From Candidatus Limosilactobacillus intestinigallinarum (GTDB lineage Bacteria; Bacillota; Bacilli; Lactobacillales; Lactobacillaceae): a stretch of 64,000 nt of DNA. This document shows positions 42,078 to 51,552 of this stretch, piece by piece. A model generated the notes under the pieces. It was given only the letters and a program-made list of their open reading frames with translations. It did not search any database and was not told the DNA's origin. Made by a program: the position numbers and the translations under genes. Each line of letters opens with the position of its first letter. The stretch's first letter is position 1. Location of the stretch: positions 2,373-66,372 of the forward strand of contig DXAA01000013.1 in assembly GCA_019117285.1 (NCBI GenBank), read 5' to 3'.

Positions 42078-42254
42078 TAAAAACGTATTGAAAAAGTAAT
42101 TGTGGACTGATTTTACGAACATTTATCCATTATTGGTCTATGCCAAACTTGATTGTTCGGGGATCACCGCCGCATGCGATGACTTAATAAAATTAAGGTC
42201 ACGGTTATGATTGGCATTAGCGTAACTGGTTTTTACTGAAAGGGAATGAATTAA

Positions 42255-43598
42255 ATGGCTAAGCGAGAATATACCAAAGAAGAAGTTCGTCAAATGGTGA
42301 AAGATGAAGACATTCGTTTCTTGCGGGTAATGTTCACCGACTTACTGGGCACGATCAAGAGTGTCGACCTGCCAGTGAGTCAGCTGGAGAAGCTGCTGGA
42401 CAACAAGATCATGTTCGATGGTTCTTCCATCGACGGCTTTGTCCGGATCGAAGAGAGTGACATGTACCTCTACCCAGACATGTCCACCTGGTTGGTCTTC
42501 CCATGGGGGGCCGAACACGGTAAGGTGGCCCGGGTGATCTGCAGCGTTCACAACACCGACGGGACGCCATTCTCCGGTGACCCACGGAACAACCTGAAAC
42601 GGGTGCTTAAGGACATGCAGAAGCTCGGCTTCAAGGACTTTAATATCGGTCCAGAACCAGAATTCTTCCTTTTCAAGCTCGATGAAAACGGCAACCCAAC
42701 CACCAAGGTCAACGACCAGGAGAACTACTTCGACATGGAACCCGCTGACCGGGGGGAGGACTGCCGGCGTGACATCGTCTTAGCCCTCGAGAAGATGGGC
42801 TTTGACGTTGAGGCGGCCCACCACGAAGTAGCCCCAGGCCAACACGAAGTGGACTTCAAGTATGCTGACGCCCTGGAGGCCGCTGACAACATCCAGACCT
42901 TTAAGCTGGTAGTCAAGACGATTGCCAAGAACTACGGCCTCCACGCTACCTTCATGCCAAAGCCACTGTCCGGGATCAACGGGTCCGGGATGCACCTTAA
43001 CATGTCCCTGTTCAACCAGGATGGCAAGAACGCCTTCTACGACGAAAATGATAAGAACCAACTTTCGACGACGGCCTACCACTTCCTGGGTGGGTTGATG
43101 AAGCACGCCCGGAGCTTTACCGCCATCTGTGACCCAATCGTCAACTCCTACAAGCGGCTGGTTCCTGGCTACGAGGCCCCGGTCTACGTGGCCTGGTCAA
43201 CTTCCAACCGGTCACCACTGGTTCGGATTCCAAACGACCGGGGGATGGGGACCCGTTTGGAGCTGCGGTCCGCTGACCCATCGGCCAACCCATACCTGGC
43301 AATTGCCAGTGTCCTGGAGGCCGGTCTGGACGGCCTGCGCAACGACCTGCCACCGGTTCACAACATCGACGAGAACATCTACCAGATGAGCCTGGCTGAA
43401 CGGCAGGAGAAGGGGATTGTCAACCTGCCTGACACCCTCCACAACGCCTTGAAGGACCTGGCAACCGACGACGTCATCAAGGGCTCCATGGGTGAACACC
43501 TCTACAAGAGCTTCATGGAGGCCAAAACCCGCGAGTACGACGCTTACCGTCAGCACGTCTCTGACTGGGAACGTCACCAGTACATGGAGCAGTACTAA
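42255..43598 (+). CDS. glnA: Type I glutamine synthetase
   Basis: [46 protein letters not shown]. Confidence 0.99.
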   Translation: MAKREYTKEEVRQMVKDEDIRFLRVMFTDLLGTIKSVDLPVSQLEKLLDNKIMFDGSSIDGFVRIEESDMYLYPDMSTWLVFPWGAEHGKVARVICSVHNTDGTPFSGDPRNNLKRVLKDMQKLGFKDFNIGPEPEFFLFKLDENGNPTTKVNDQENYFDMEPADRGEDCRRDIVLALEKMGFDVEAAHHEVAPGQHEVDFKYADALEAADNIQTFKLVVKTIAKNYGLHATFMPKPLSGINGSGMHLNMSLFNQDGKNAFYDENDKNQLSTTAYHFLGGLMKHARSFTAICDPIVNSYKRLVPGYEAPVYVAWSTSNRSPLVRIPNDRGMGTRLELRSADPSANPYLAIASVLEAGLDGLRNDLPPVHNIDENIYQMSLAERQEKGIVNLPDTLHNALKDLATDDVIKGSMGEHLYKSFMEAKTREYDAYRQHVSDWERHQYMEQY

Positions 43599-43673
43599 AA
43601 TTTAAAAACTGACCAAGCAGAAAAGCTGGCGAGGCCATTTTCCAATGACCTGGCGGCTTTTTCTTGCTGTCAA

Positions 43674-43701
43674 TTGACAAATGCCCACATTCAGATACAA
43701 T
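43674..43701 (+). promoter_or_regulatory. Probable gltX promoter
   Basis: TTGACA-16 bp-TACAAT just after the glnA terminator hairpin (about 43615-43668). Confidence 0.65.
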
Positions 43702-43763
43702 TATACTTGTTGTAATAGCGGCTTTTTGCTGTTAATTAGTTACTAAAGGAGAATCGAGATAAC

Positions 43764-45266
43764 ATGGATCAAAAGGTCAGAGTTCGGTATGCACCAAGTC
43801 CAACTGGTTTCCTGCATATTGGAAATGCCCAATCAGCATTGTTTAACTACTTATTCGCACGGCACTTTAATGGGACGATGGTATTACGGATTGAGGATAC
43901 CGACACGAAGCGCAACGTTAAAGATGGTGAAGCCAGCCAACGGGAAAACCTGCACTGGTTAGGGATCGACTGGGACGAAGGTCCAAACAAGCCGAACCCG
44001 AAGTACGCCCCATACCGGCAGAGTGAACGGAACGCCAAGGGGATCTACCACAAGTACATCCAAGAACTGTTGGACAAGGGGATTGCCTACAAGGACTACA
44101 CGACTGAGGAAGAACTGCAGGAAATGCGGGAACGTCAACGGGCCAACAAGGAGGCACCGCACTACGACGGTCGTTGGTACGGCCGGAGCGAAGAGGATCA
44201 AAAGGCGGCCGAAGCCAAGGGGTTGAAGCCAACCATCCGTTTCCACTTCCCGAAGAACCATGACTACGAATGGGACGACATCGCCCGGGGCCACGTCTCC
44301 TTCAACTCCGACAACCTCGGTGGTGACTTCATCATCGAAAAGAGTGACGGGATGCCAACCTACAACTTTGCCGTGGTTGTTGACGACCACTCCATGGACA
44401 TCACCCATGTCCTGCGTGGTGCCGACCACATCTCCAACACGCCAAAGCAGATCGCAATCTACGAGGCCCTCGGCTGGCAGCACCCTACCTTCTGCCACAT
44501 TCCGTTGATCTTCAACCCGAAGACCCGGAAGAAGCTGAGTAAGCGGGACAAGGACACCCTGCAGTTCATCAGTGAATACAAGCGCCACGGTTACCTCCAC
44601 GAGGCAATCTTCAACTTCATCGCCTTCCTGGGCTGGTCACCAAAGGGCGAACGGGAAATCTACTCCAAGGACGAATTGATCAAGGTTTACGACCCAGACC
44701 GGATGTCCAAGGCCCCTGCCTACTTCGACCAGAAGAAGCTGGACTGGATGAACGCCCAATACATCAAGGCCATGTCCGTGGACGAGCTGACTGACCGGAC
44801 GATGGAACTGGTCAAGGAGGGTGAGACCGAGGAGGCCAAGCGCCTGCAGAGCATTCCCGAGGACGATTGCAGGGACATCATCAAGAAGACGATCCACGTT
44901 CACCAACGCGACGTTAATAAGCTGCTCGAAGTGATCGAATACGCTTGGAGCTACTACAAGGTCTTAGATGAACACTTCAACTACGACCAACTGGTAGACA
45001 ACGATGACTTCAACAACGATGACGTCATTGCCGTCCTGCAGGGTCTGAAGGACAAGCTGGTCAACGGTGGTGACGACCTCGACTACGCCCAGGCCATCAA
45101 GGAAGTTGGTAAGGAAACCGGCATCAAGGGTCGGAACCTCTACTTCCCATTGAACCTGGCCTTCACCGGGTCAACCTCTGCTCCCCAGATCTACGAGATC
45201 ATGGACATCTACTCACGGAAGACGGACATCGAATTGCTTGACCGGATGATTGCTGCGTTCAAGTAA
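43764..45266 (+). CDS. gltX: Glutamate--tRNA ligase (possibly a divergent paralog)
   Basis: [14 protein letters not shown] (HIGH), [28 protein letters not shown] (KMSKS), helical anticodon-binding domain. Confidence 0.95.
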   Translation: MDQKVRVRYAPSPTGFLHIGNAQSALFNYLFARHFNGTMVLRIEDTDTKRNVKDGEASQRENLHWLGIDWDEGPNKPNPKYAPYRQSERNAKGIYHKYIQELLDKGIAYKDYTTEEELQEMRERQRANKEAPHYDGRWYGRSEEDQKAAEAKGLKPTIRFHFPKNHDYEWDDIARGHVSFNSDNLGGDFIIEKSDGMPTYNFAVVVDDHSMDITHVLRGADHISNTPKQIAIYEALGWQHPTFCHIPLIFNPKTRKKLSKRDKDTLQFISEYKRHGYLHEAIFNFIAFLGWSPKGEREIYSKDELIKVYDPDRMSKAPAYFDQKKLDWMNAQYIKAMSVDELTDRTMELVKEGETEEAKRLQSIPEDDCRDIIKKTIHVHQRDVNKLLEVIEYAWSYYKVLDEHFNYDQLVDNDDFNNDDVIAVLQGLKDKLVNGGDDLDYAQAIKEVGKETGIKGRNLYFPLNLAFTGSTSAPQIYEIMDIYSRKTDIELLDRMIAAFK

Positions 45267-45392
45267 TCACTAATCAAAAGTCGGATGGCAGTAGCCACCC
45301 GGCTTTTATTTTAAAATTTGCTTGACCACTATTGCACAAATCAGTTAGGCTATAAGCACACAACATCTTTTCGAGAAGGGATATGATCATCA

Positions 45393-46568
45393 ATGGTTGA
45401 GATGAGTAAACACATGCGCGCCACGCTGAACGACGTGCCGACGCTGAAGCTTTTTGATTTTTCAACATTTGTTTCAAAGATTCCCGACGTGATCGAGTTC
45501 ACCCTGGGGGAGCCGGACTTCAACACCCCCGAGTACGTCAAGCAGGCGGGGATCCAGGCCATCCAAAGCAACCGGACCCACTACGCACCACAGCGGGGGA
45601 CGACCGGTCTCCTGCAGGCGGTGGCCGATAACCTGGCCGACCGCTATGGTCTCCACTACGACCCGAAGACCGAGATCCTGATCACCAACGGGGTCACCGA
45701 GGGGGCCTATTCCGCGATCACGGCGGTCACCAATCCCGGTGACGTTGTCCTGGTTCCGACCCCGACCTTCTCCATCTACGGCCCCGACGCCATTATTGGT
45801 GGGGCCCAGGCGGTCGAGGTTGACACCTCGGTCACCGACTTTAAGCTGACCCCAGCCCTGTTGAAGAAGTACCTCGACCAGTACGGTGACCGGGTAAAGG
45901 CAATTATCTTCGTCAACCCGTCCAACCCGACCGGGATTGCCTACACCCAGCAGGAACTCGACGGCCTGGCCGCCCTGATCAAGGGGAAGCCGATCTTCGC
46001 CATCAGTGATGAGATCTACAGTGAACTCAACTACGACGGGGAGTACGCCTCGATGGCCAAGTCCCTGCCGGAGCAGACCATCCTGACCAACGGCTTCTCC
46101 AAGTCATACGCCATGACTGGCTGGCGGATCGGCTATCTCTGTGCCCCGAAGGCCATCACCAGTGAGATCTTCAAGGTCCACTCCTTCGTGATGATGGACG
46201 TGGCCACCTTCACCCAGGACGCGGCCGAGGCGGCCCTGCGTGGCGGCACCGACGCCATCGACGAGATGGATCGTCAGTACATCGAACGTCGGGACTACAT
46301 GCGCGCGCGTCTGGAGAAGATGGGCTTCAAGTGTTCGAAGCCGATGGGAGCCTTTTACATCTTTGCTAAGATTCCGGCCTTCCTGGACCAGGATGACACC
46401 AAGCTGATCTACCAGCTGGCCAAGGAGGCCCACGTGGCCGTGACGGCCGGGACCTTCTTCGGTGCCGGTGGTGAAGGCTACTTGCGCTTCAGCTACGCAA
46501 CGGCCCTGGACCAGATCAAAGAGGGGATGGACCGGCTCGAACGGTTCTGCCAGGAACAACAAAAGTAA
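45393..46568 (+). CDS. PLP-dependent class I/II aminotransferase
   Basis: GEPDF, NPSNPTG, DEIY, SKSYAMTGWRIG, YLRFSYA. Confidence 0.93.
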   Translation: MVEMSKHMRATLNDVPTLKLFDFSTFVSKIPDVIEFTLGEPDFNTPEYVKQAGIQAIQSNRTHYAPQRGTTGLLQAVADNLADRYGLHYDPKTEILITNGVTEGAYSAITAVTNPGDVVLVPTPTFSIYGPDAIIGGAQAVEVDTSVTDFKLTPALLKKYLDQYGDRVKAIIFVNPSNPTGIAYTQQELDGLAALIKGKPIFAISDEIYSELNYDGEYASMAKSLPEQTILTNGFSKSYAMTGWRIGYLCAPKAITSEIFKVHSFVMMDVATFTQDAAEAALRGGTDAIDEMDRQYIERRDYMRARLEKMGFKCSKPMGAFYIFAKIPAFLDQDDTKLIYQLAKEAHVAVTAGTFFGAGGEGYLRFSYATALDQIKEGMDRLERFCQEQQK

Positions 46569-46578
46569 TTTAAAACAG

Positions 46579-46613
46579 AAAAAGAGCAAGCAACCGGAAT
46601 TGCTTGCTCTTTT
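46579..46613. terminator. Bidirectional terminator
   Basis: AAAAGAGCAAGCAA...TTGCTTGCTCTTTT, a perfect 14 bp stem. Confidence 0.85.
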
Positions 46614-46635
46614 AATTTGGATTGTTTCAAAAAGC

Positions 46636-46761
46636 TTAGTCACTCAGTTTCTTGGCTTCTTCATCAAGCTTTGCGAAACCAGAGCCATCAGGCTTCTTGT
46701 TTCCACGCTTTTCCATGGCCTTACGAGCCATTTCCTTACGTTCTTGTTTGCTCAGTGCCAT
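46636..46761 (-). CDS. Small highly charged protein (41 aa), function unknown
   Basis: MALSKQERKEMARKAMEKRGNKKPDGSGFAKLDEEAKKLSD; AGAGG SD, upstream TATAAT and downstream terminator. Confidence 0.65.
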   Translation of the reverse strand: MALSKQERKEMARKAMEKRGNKKPDGSGFAKLDEEAKKLSD

Positions 46762-46971
46762 AATAACTTCGCCTCTTTTCGAAACGCTCCGTTGGTAACA
46801 GATATCATACGGAAGTAAAATATCTGTTACATACATTATAATTCATATTATAAAGATTACAATATCGAATAGTTAAATTGTTAAGAAAGTCCTCAATTAG
46901 CAATTTGCTTCTTTAAAAATAATTAAAAGTTGGCTAAGATTAAAATAGTATTCAAACAAGGAGAAATGTTT

Positions 46972-47862
46972 ATGGCAAGTGAAAATCAAGACAGCAAGGC
47001 CGTAGATGTTAGTCAAAAGATCGAGGGCCGAATTGCAACGAAGGTCAAGTACCTCCAGGAGTTGAACCAGGCCATTGACCAGCACCATGACCGGGAAGTT
47101 TACCGGTTGCTGGACAACCAACGTTACGCCAAAGAAATTGAGCACCGTGAGCAGCAACCCAACGATGAAGGGGTCATGAGCCTGGTTGACGACCTGGCCG
47201 ACCAGCTGAGCAGCTACCTCAGTGCCAACCTGATCAAGTACCTGGGCAAAACCTACCCATTTTTCTACTACGAGGAATACCAGACCGGCCACTACCGGAT
47301 CTACTTCGGTAACTGGTGGGACCGGCGGCGGTTTGGGGAGCTGGACGTGTTGAACGTCCGTTTCTCCTTTGACCAGACCGAATACCAGATGCTGAATAAG
47401 TCCTTCGAGCTGGCCCGGAAGAACAAGCGTTACAACAGTGATCGCATCAACAAGATCTCCAGCGAGAACGACCGCCTGCAGGAGCTGATCGACCACCAGC
47501 GGGAACGTGAGGAAAAGCGGCAGCACGTTCAGGCCGAACTGAAGGACATCAACTCCCACTCCGGCCTGTTCGAATCCAGTCGTAACCGGGCCAACCGGGA
47601 GGAACTGGTGACCCAGCTGCAGAAGTTGGAGGACGAGGAGACCGAGGCCCGGACCGCGGCCCAGACGATCAAGGAAAATGAACAGGTTGTCCTGGCCCTC
47701 TCCAAGGAAAACACCATCCTGAGCTACGAACAAAAGAGCATCATCGACACCTTTGGCAGCTTCGAGGACTTTGAACTGGCTAACCGGAATCTTTATGCCG
47801 ACTACCTCAAGAGTCTGAGTGATGATCAGGATGCGGGGAAGCAGGTGAATGCAGATGACTAA
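46972..47862 (+). CDS. Hypothetical protein with C-terminal coiled coil
   Basis: Long ORF with host-like codon usage and an AAGGAG SD; YPFFYYEE...FGNWWDRRRFG core followed by a heptad-rich helix. Confidence 0.8.
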   Translation: MASENQDSKAVDVSQKIEGRIATKVKYLQELNQAIDQHHDREVYRLLDNQRYAKEIEHREQQPNDEGVMSLVDDLADQLSSYLSANLIKYLGKTYPFFYYEEYQTGHYRIYFGNWWDRRRFGELDVLNVRFSFDQTEYQMLNKSFELARKNKRYNSDRINKISSENDRLQELIDHQREREEKRQHVQAELKDINSHSGLFESSRNRANREELVTQLQKLEDEETEARTAAQTIKENEQVVLALSKENTILSYEQKSIIDTFGSFEDFELANRNLYADYLKSLSDDQDAGKQVNADD

Positions 47863-48934
47863 CAAGATTGACAATTCGCCAGTCGCACGGATCAGTGCGC
47901 TCTCTAACTCCTTCAAGGACGTCTTGAAGCGGGGTCAGCAATACGTCGACCTCCTCGATCAGCTGGCTTCAACCACTCAGGCCGAAGACCTATTGGCGGC
48001 GGCCGGTGAGTTGACCAAGCAGGACCTGCACAACGCCTTTATCAATTTCCCCCAGCACTACCAGGCAGCGGACTACTGCATGCTCTTCATGGGCCGGCTA
48101 TTGGAGATGCATGGCGTCACGAGTGTTGCGGTTAAGGAAAATCGCCAGCACGAGTTCGTGGCCACGGTGGACCCCCTGACTGATGCCAGCTTCAAGTTTG
48201 TGGTGAGTGACAATGGAGAGGCGGCCTTCACCGAACAGAGCCAGCAGCAACCGCTCTTCTACATGAACCTTAACCAGCGCCTCTTCCAGTTCAACAACCG
48301 GGCCCTGGTCAACTACTTCATCGTCTACGCCCTGCAGAAGCACAGTGACCTGGAACTACGGGATGCCATCAAGCCGTTGATCGAGTTTGCCAATGAACTG
48401 GCTGACGACCTGGGCTTCACGATCAACTTGGGGATCCTGAACACCGCCAATGACCAACGTTTCAAGCTTCAGGAACCCGACCTCCAGCTGACCGTGATCG
48501 ACCGGCTCTTTGTCAAGACAGCCGAGACCGACTACATGCTGATGAACCTGCCGCACAACAGTGGGGCAGAACTGCTGCTGGATCAGGGAATCAAGTTCGA
48601 CCTGTCCTTTGATCCGGACGATTACAGCCAGGAATGGGCCTTTTCGGTCAAGGATCCGGGTGAACAGGTCTCCTTCTTTGACATCCTGCTCCACTACAAC
48701 CTGGTCCGGCAATGGTACCTGGCTGATCGGGATGCTCTGGCGGTGCGGTCAGAGCAGTTGATCATTGCGGATGATGAACCAACGACGCCCGTGACGACCA
48801 CCGTACCACCGGAGCCGAGCGAACCGGCCTCAGCCACCGCAGCGGATGATTCCGCACCAGCCGAACCGACAGCCCCAAAATCGGCGGATGATGATGAGAC
48901 GGATGAAGAGATCAAGCATGATGAGGATGATTAA
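47849..48934 (+). CDS. Hypothetical protein with acidic Pro/Thr/Ala-rich tail
   Basis: Overlaps the upstream stop; host-like codon usage. Start at 47849 or 47855. Confidence 0.8.
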   Translation: MQMTNKIDNSPVARISALSNSFKDVLKRGQQYVDLLDQLASTTQAEDLLAAAGELTKQDLHNAFINFPQHYQAADYCMLFMGRLLEMHGVTSVAVKENRQHEFVATVDPLTDASFKFVVSDNGEAAFTEQSQQQPLFYMNLNQRLFQFNNRALVNYFIVYALQKHSDLELRDAIKPLIEFANELADDLGFTINLGILNTANDQRFKLQEPDLQLTVIDRLFVKTAETDYMLMNLPHNSGAELLLDQGIKFDLSFDPDDYSQEWAFSVKDPGEQVSFFDILLHYNLVRQWYLADRDALAVRSEQLIIADDEPTTPVTTTVPPEPSEPASATAADDSAPAEPTAPKSADDDETDEEIKHDEDD

Positions 48935-49462
48935 ATGGCATTAGATATTACCAAGATGTTGCACACAGTGGTCGACCTGGAGCTGACGATCGACGACGCC
49001 AAGGAGTTGCTGATTGGGCCAGCAACCCGTCAGCAGACGATCTTTGTCCAGCTAGACTGTCAATTAGCCAACTTCGCCCAGGCAGCGGGGTGGGCGGACG
49101 TCCTGGACCAGGGGACCCATGACGCCGATCAAGCCCGGCAGAGCTACCTGAAGAGCCTGGCCCTCCTGCTCCTGTTCAGTGCCAAGAAGCAGTGGACGCA
49201 TCTGGTGGTGCTGGACGATGACCAGTGGCAGCGGATCACGACGGCCAAGCAGTCGACCAAGCTGGGTGATTTGAACAAGGAGTATCTGGCAATCAAGCAC
49301 TTCCTGAATGGGGCCTACTACAGTCACCGGCAGGAGGACTTCCGCCACGCCTGGCATCTTCTACTCAAGATGGGGATCGTTGATTTTGGCTATCAGCCGG
49401 CGACCCTTCAGCAGGGGTACCTGGATTTGCTCAAGCAGGTTGCCAAGCAATATGAAAATTAG
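48935..49462 (+). CDS. Degenerate all-alpha (dimeric dUTPase-like) protein
   Basis: Size and helical pattern resemble the dUTPase_2 family, but the usual acidic metal ligands are not evident. Family assignment is tentative. Confidence 0.55.
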   Translation: MALDITKMLHTVVDLELTIDDAKELLIGPATRQQTIFVQLDCQLANFAQAAGWADVLDQGTHDADQARQSYLKSLALLLLFSAKKQWTHLVVLDDDQWQRITTAKQSTKLGDLNKEYLAIKHFLNGAYYSHRQEDFRHAWHLLLKMGIVDFGYQPATLQQGYLDLLKQVAKQYEN

Positions 49463-49469
49463 CCAATAG

Positions 49470-49507
49470 AAAAGGGTGCGAAGACATTTTGCCTCCACAC
49501 CCTTTTC
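49470..49507. terminator. Bidirectional terminator
   Basis: AAAAGGGTG...CACCCTTTT between convergent ORFs. Confidence 0.7.
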
Positions 49508-49529
49508 CGTTGAAGTTGAAACAGAGATC

Positions 49530-49643
49530 CTACGCCTTACGATCACGAGCAGCACTGTGCTTACCAGGAACCCGGTTGTTTGACATGACGTTACCGATGA
49601 CCGATCCAGCAAGAATTAATACAATAATCAAAAATGGCAACAT
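49530..49643 (-). CDS. Small single-TM protein (37 aa, absent from the ORF track)
   Basis: Translated by hand: MLPFLIIVLILAGSVIGNVMSNNRVPGKHSAARDRKA; GGGGTGA SD 6 nt upstream; terminator downstream. Confidence 0.65.
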   Translation of the reverse strand: MLPFLIIVLILAGSVIGNVMSNNRVPGKHSAARDRKA

Positions 49644-49785
49644 AATTAATCACCCCATATCAATCTTCTATTTAACATTATTGTTACCATTCATTGGTTT
49701 TGCAATACTTTTGTAACAATTAAAGGAAAATCTTAAATAATTAGAAATAAAAAAGGCACGGATCAGCAATCCGTACCAATTGAGA

Positions 49786-49859
49786 TGGAACGAGTGGGGG
49801 TCGAACCCACAACCCTCGGTTTAGAAGACCGATGCTCTATCCAGTTGAGCTACCGTTCC
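49786..49859 (-). tRNA. tRNA-Arg (anticodon UCU)
   Basis: Reverse complement folds as GGAACGG-TA-GCTC(AACTGGATA)GAGC-A-TCGGT-CT[TCT]AA-ACCGA-GGGTT-GTGGG-TTCGACC-CCCAC-TCGTTCC-A; CCA not encoded. It has its own promoter (TTGACA at 49900-49895, TATACT at 49876-49871) and a terminator at about 49748-49777. Confidence 0.97.
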
Positions 49860-49950
49860 AGACAGGGTCAAGTATATAATCTTCTGGGCGGTTGTGTCAA
49901 TATTATCTTGTTTTGCATAAATTTTTTATTAGAATAGATATCGTTTTTAT

Positions 49951-49980
49951 TTGACAAAGCGCTTTCAAGGCCTCTATACT
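49951..49980 (+). promoter_or_regulatory. Promoter of the TetR gene overlapped by a cre-like site
   Basis: TTGACA-18 bp-TATACT; ACAAAGCGCTTTCA (49954-49967) resembles the CcpA cre consensus. Confidence 0.55.
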
Positions 49981-50044
49981 AAGAGTTGGTAGAAGTATAA
50001 AAGTAAGGGGGAACTTGAGCTTAGGAATGAAGGGATGATGATTT

Positions 50045-50689
50045 ATGGCCGTTAATAAAACAGATCCGCGCGTAATCAAGACTCGTAATAGTCTACGCAA
50101 AGCTCTTGTTTATCTGATGCGTCGTGACAAGATTGAAAATATCAGCGTGCAGAAGATTACCGAAACTGCCAACATCACCCGCGGAACTTTCTATCTTCAC
50201 TACCGCGACAAGCAGGATTTTATTGAGTCCGCGATGAAGGACATCCTCGATGATTTCTTTGCACAGGTGATGGTGGATAGTGAGAACTTTGGCTTGTCAA
50301 AAGAGCGGACAGTGCAGGTGATTTCTCTGCAGAAGGCATTCCAGTATATCGAAAACAATGCCGATATTTTTGATGTTCTTTTGAATGATGAAAACAATAA
50401 TGGTTTCTACGAGCGATTCTATAACCGCCTAGCCAATTACTTAACCACTTATGGTAATGTTATTACAGATAATCAGAAACAGCTTGAGGTTCCTTTAAAT
50501 TTGCAGATTTCCTTCATGAGTTCGGCATTTCTTGGTCTGATCAGTCACTGGCTCGAGGACGGGATGATCTATACTTCTCGTTACATGACCCAGAGCACCG
50601 CCAAGATGTTCGACCAATTAAACAGCGACGGGGCATCGCTTGTGGGCTTCTTTAGTGGCGAAAGGGACTCAGTCGTTGAAGAGATTTGA
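50045..50689 (+). CDS. TetR/AcrR family regulator
   Basis: DPRVIKTR...ISVQKITETANITRGTFYLHYRDK HTH. Confidence 0.92.
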   Translation: MAVNKTDPRVIKTRNSLRKALVYLMRRDKIENISVQKITETANITRGTFYLHYRDKQDFIESAMKDILDDFFAQVMVDSENFGLSKERTVQVISLQKAFQYIENNADIFDVLLNDENNNGFYERFYNRLANYLTTYGNVITDNQKQLEVPLNLQISFMSSAFLGLISHWLEDGMIYTSRYMTQSTAKMFDQLNSDGASLVGFFSGERDSVVEEI

Positions 50690-50748
50690 CCCCGAGAAGT
50701 TGTTCGGCAGCCGTTATTGTGACGGCTGTTTTCTTTTGCAATTTATTA

Positions 50749-50777
50749 TTGACGGCTGCGGAAAAATTTGCTATCAT
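50749..50777 (+). promoter_or_regulatory. Promoter of rplU-prp-rpmA
   Basis: TTGACG-17 bp-TATCAT with an extended TG. Confidence 0.65.
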
Positions 50778-50784
50778 ACAAACG

Positions 50785-50870
50785 TTGTATTTGTGAACCA
50801 ACAACTACAACCGCGCGCTATCAAGTTTAAAGCATTTGCTGCTTGATTCGGCGAGTCTTAGATACTAAGG
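50785..50870 (+). ncRNA. L21 ribosomal protein leader
   Basis: 5' UTR of rplU with CAACCGCGC...ATCAAG/CTTGAT stem...GGCGAGTC, resembling the Firmicutes L21 leader. Confidence 0.65.
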
Positions 50871-50881
50871 AGGTGCACAAT

Positions 50882-51190
50882 ATGTACGCAATTATTGTTA
50901 CTGGTGGCAAGCAATACAAGGTTGAAGAAGGTAAGTCAATCTTCGTTGAAAAGCTTGATGCTAAGCAGGGTGACAAGGTAACCTTTGATAAGGTTGTCCT
51001 GGTCAGTGGCGACGATACCAAGATCGGTACCCCATTCGTTGATGGTGCTGCCGTCGAAGGTACTGTTGACAAGCAAGGTAAGGAAAAGAAGGTTGTTACC
51101 TTCAAGTACAAGCCTAAGAAGCACACCCACACTAAGCAAGGTCACCGTCAACCATACACCAAGGTTACGATCAACAAGATCAACGCTTAA
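50882..51190 (+). CDS. rplU: 50S ribosomal protein L21
   Basis: [14 protein letters not shown]...GHRQPYT; AGGAGG SD. Confidence 0.99.
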   Translation: MYAIIVTGGKQYKVEEGKSIFVEKLDAKQGDKVTFDKVVLVSGDDTKIGTPFVDGAAVEGTVDKQGKEKKVVTFKYKPKKHTHTKQGHRQPYTKVTINKINA

Positions 51191-51205
51191 TGCGGAGGTG
51201 AGACA

Positions 51206-51529
51206 ATGATTCGGGCCCATTTCAATTTAGATTCGGATCGGCGGATCACCGCATTTCAGATCACCGGCCACGCCGATGCTGGTCCCTATGGCCAAGACAT
51301 CGTGTGTGCGGCGGTTTCGGCATTATCGATCTCCGTGATCAACGGTCTGGACAAGCTGGTTCAGGCGCATCCGGTGATTGAGAGCGATAATGACCACGGT
51401 GGCTTTCTCAAGGTCACCGGTCTCAGGAGCGACCACGATAGTCAGCTCCTGCTGGAGACCCTCCTGAATGGCCTGCTGGACATCCAGGAGAGCTATCCTG
51501 ATAACATTGAAGTTAAAATGTTAAATTAG
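51206..51529 (+). CDS. prp: Ribosomal-processing cysteine protease Prp (YsxB)
   Basis: GHA...G.DIVCAAVS; lies between rplU and rpmA. Confidence 0.95.
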   Translation: MIRAHFNLDSDRRITAFQITGHADAGPYGQDIVCAAVSALSISVINGLDKLVQAHPVIESDNDHGGFLKVTGLRSDHDSQLLLETLLNGLLDIQESYPDNIEVKMLN

Positions 51530-51552
51530 TTCATTGCTGGAGGTGAACAACT

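Noticed and set aside
42116-42129. CGAAC in the glnA leader as a LexA box
   Set aside because: The second half-site (ATCCA) does not match GTTCG; RNA pairing with TGTTCG explains it better.
48780-48934. Low-complexity Pro/Thr/Ala/Asp stretch as a DNA repeat
   Set aside because: No tandem nucleotide unit; it is a disordered protein tail.
49489-49716. Plus-strand 75-aa ORF
   Set aside because: It starts inside a terminator hairpin with no SD; the minus-strand 37-aa ORF has better signals.
49740-49900. tRNA-Arg as an island integration site
   Set aside because: No integrase and no duplicated tRNA 3' end seen; flanking genes look native.
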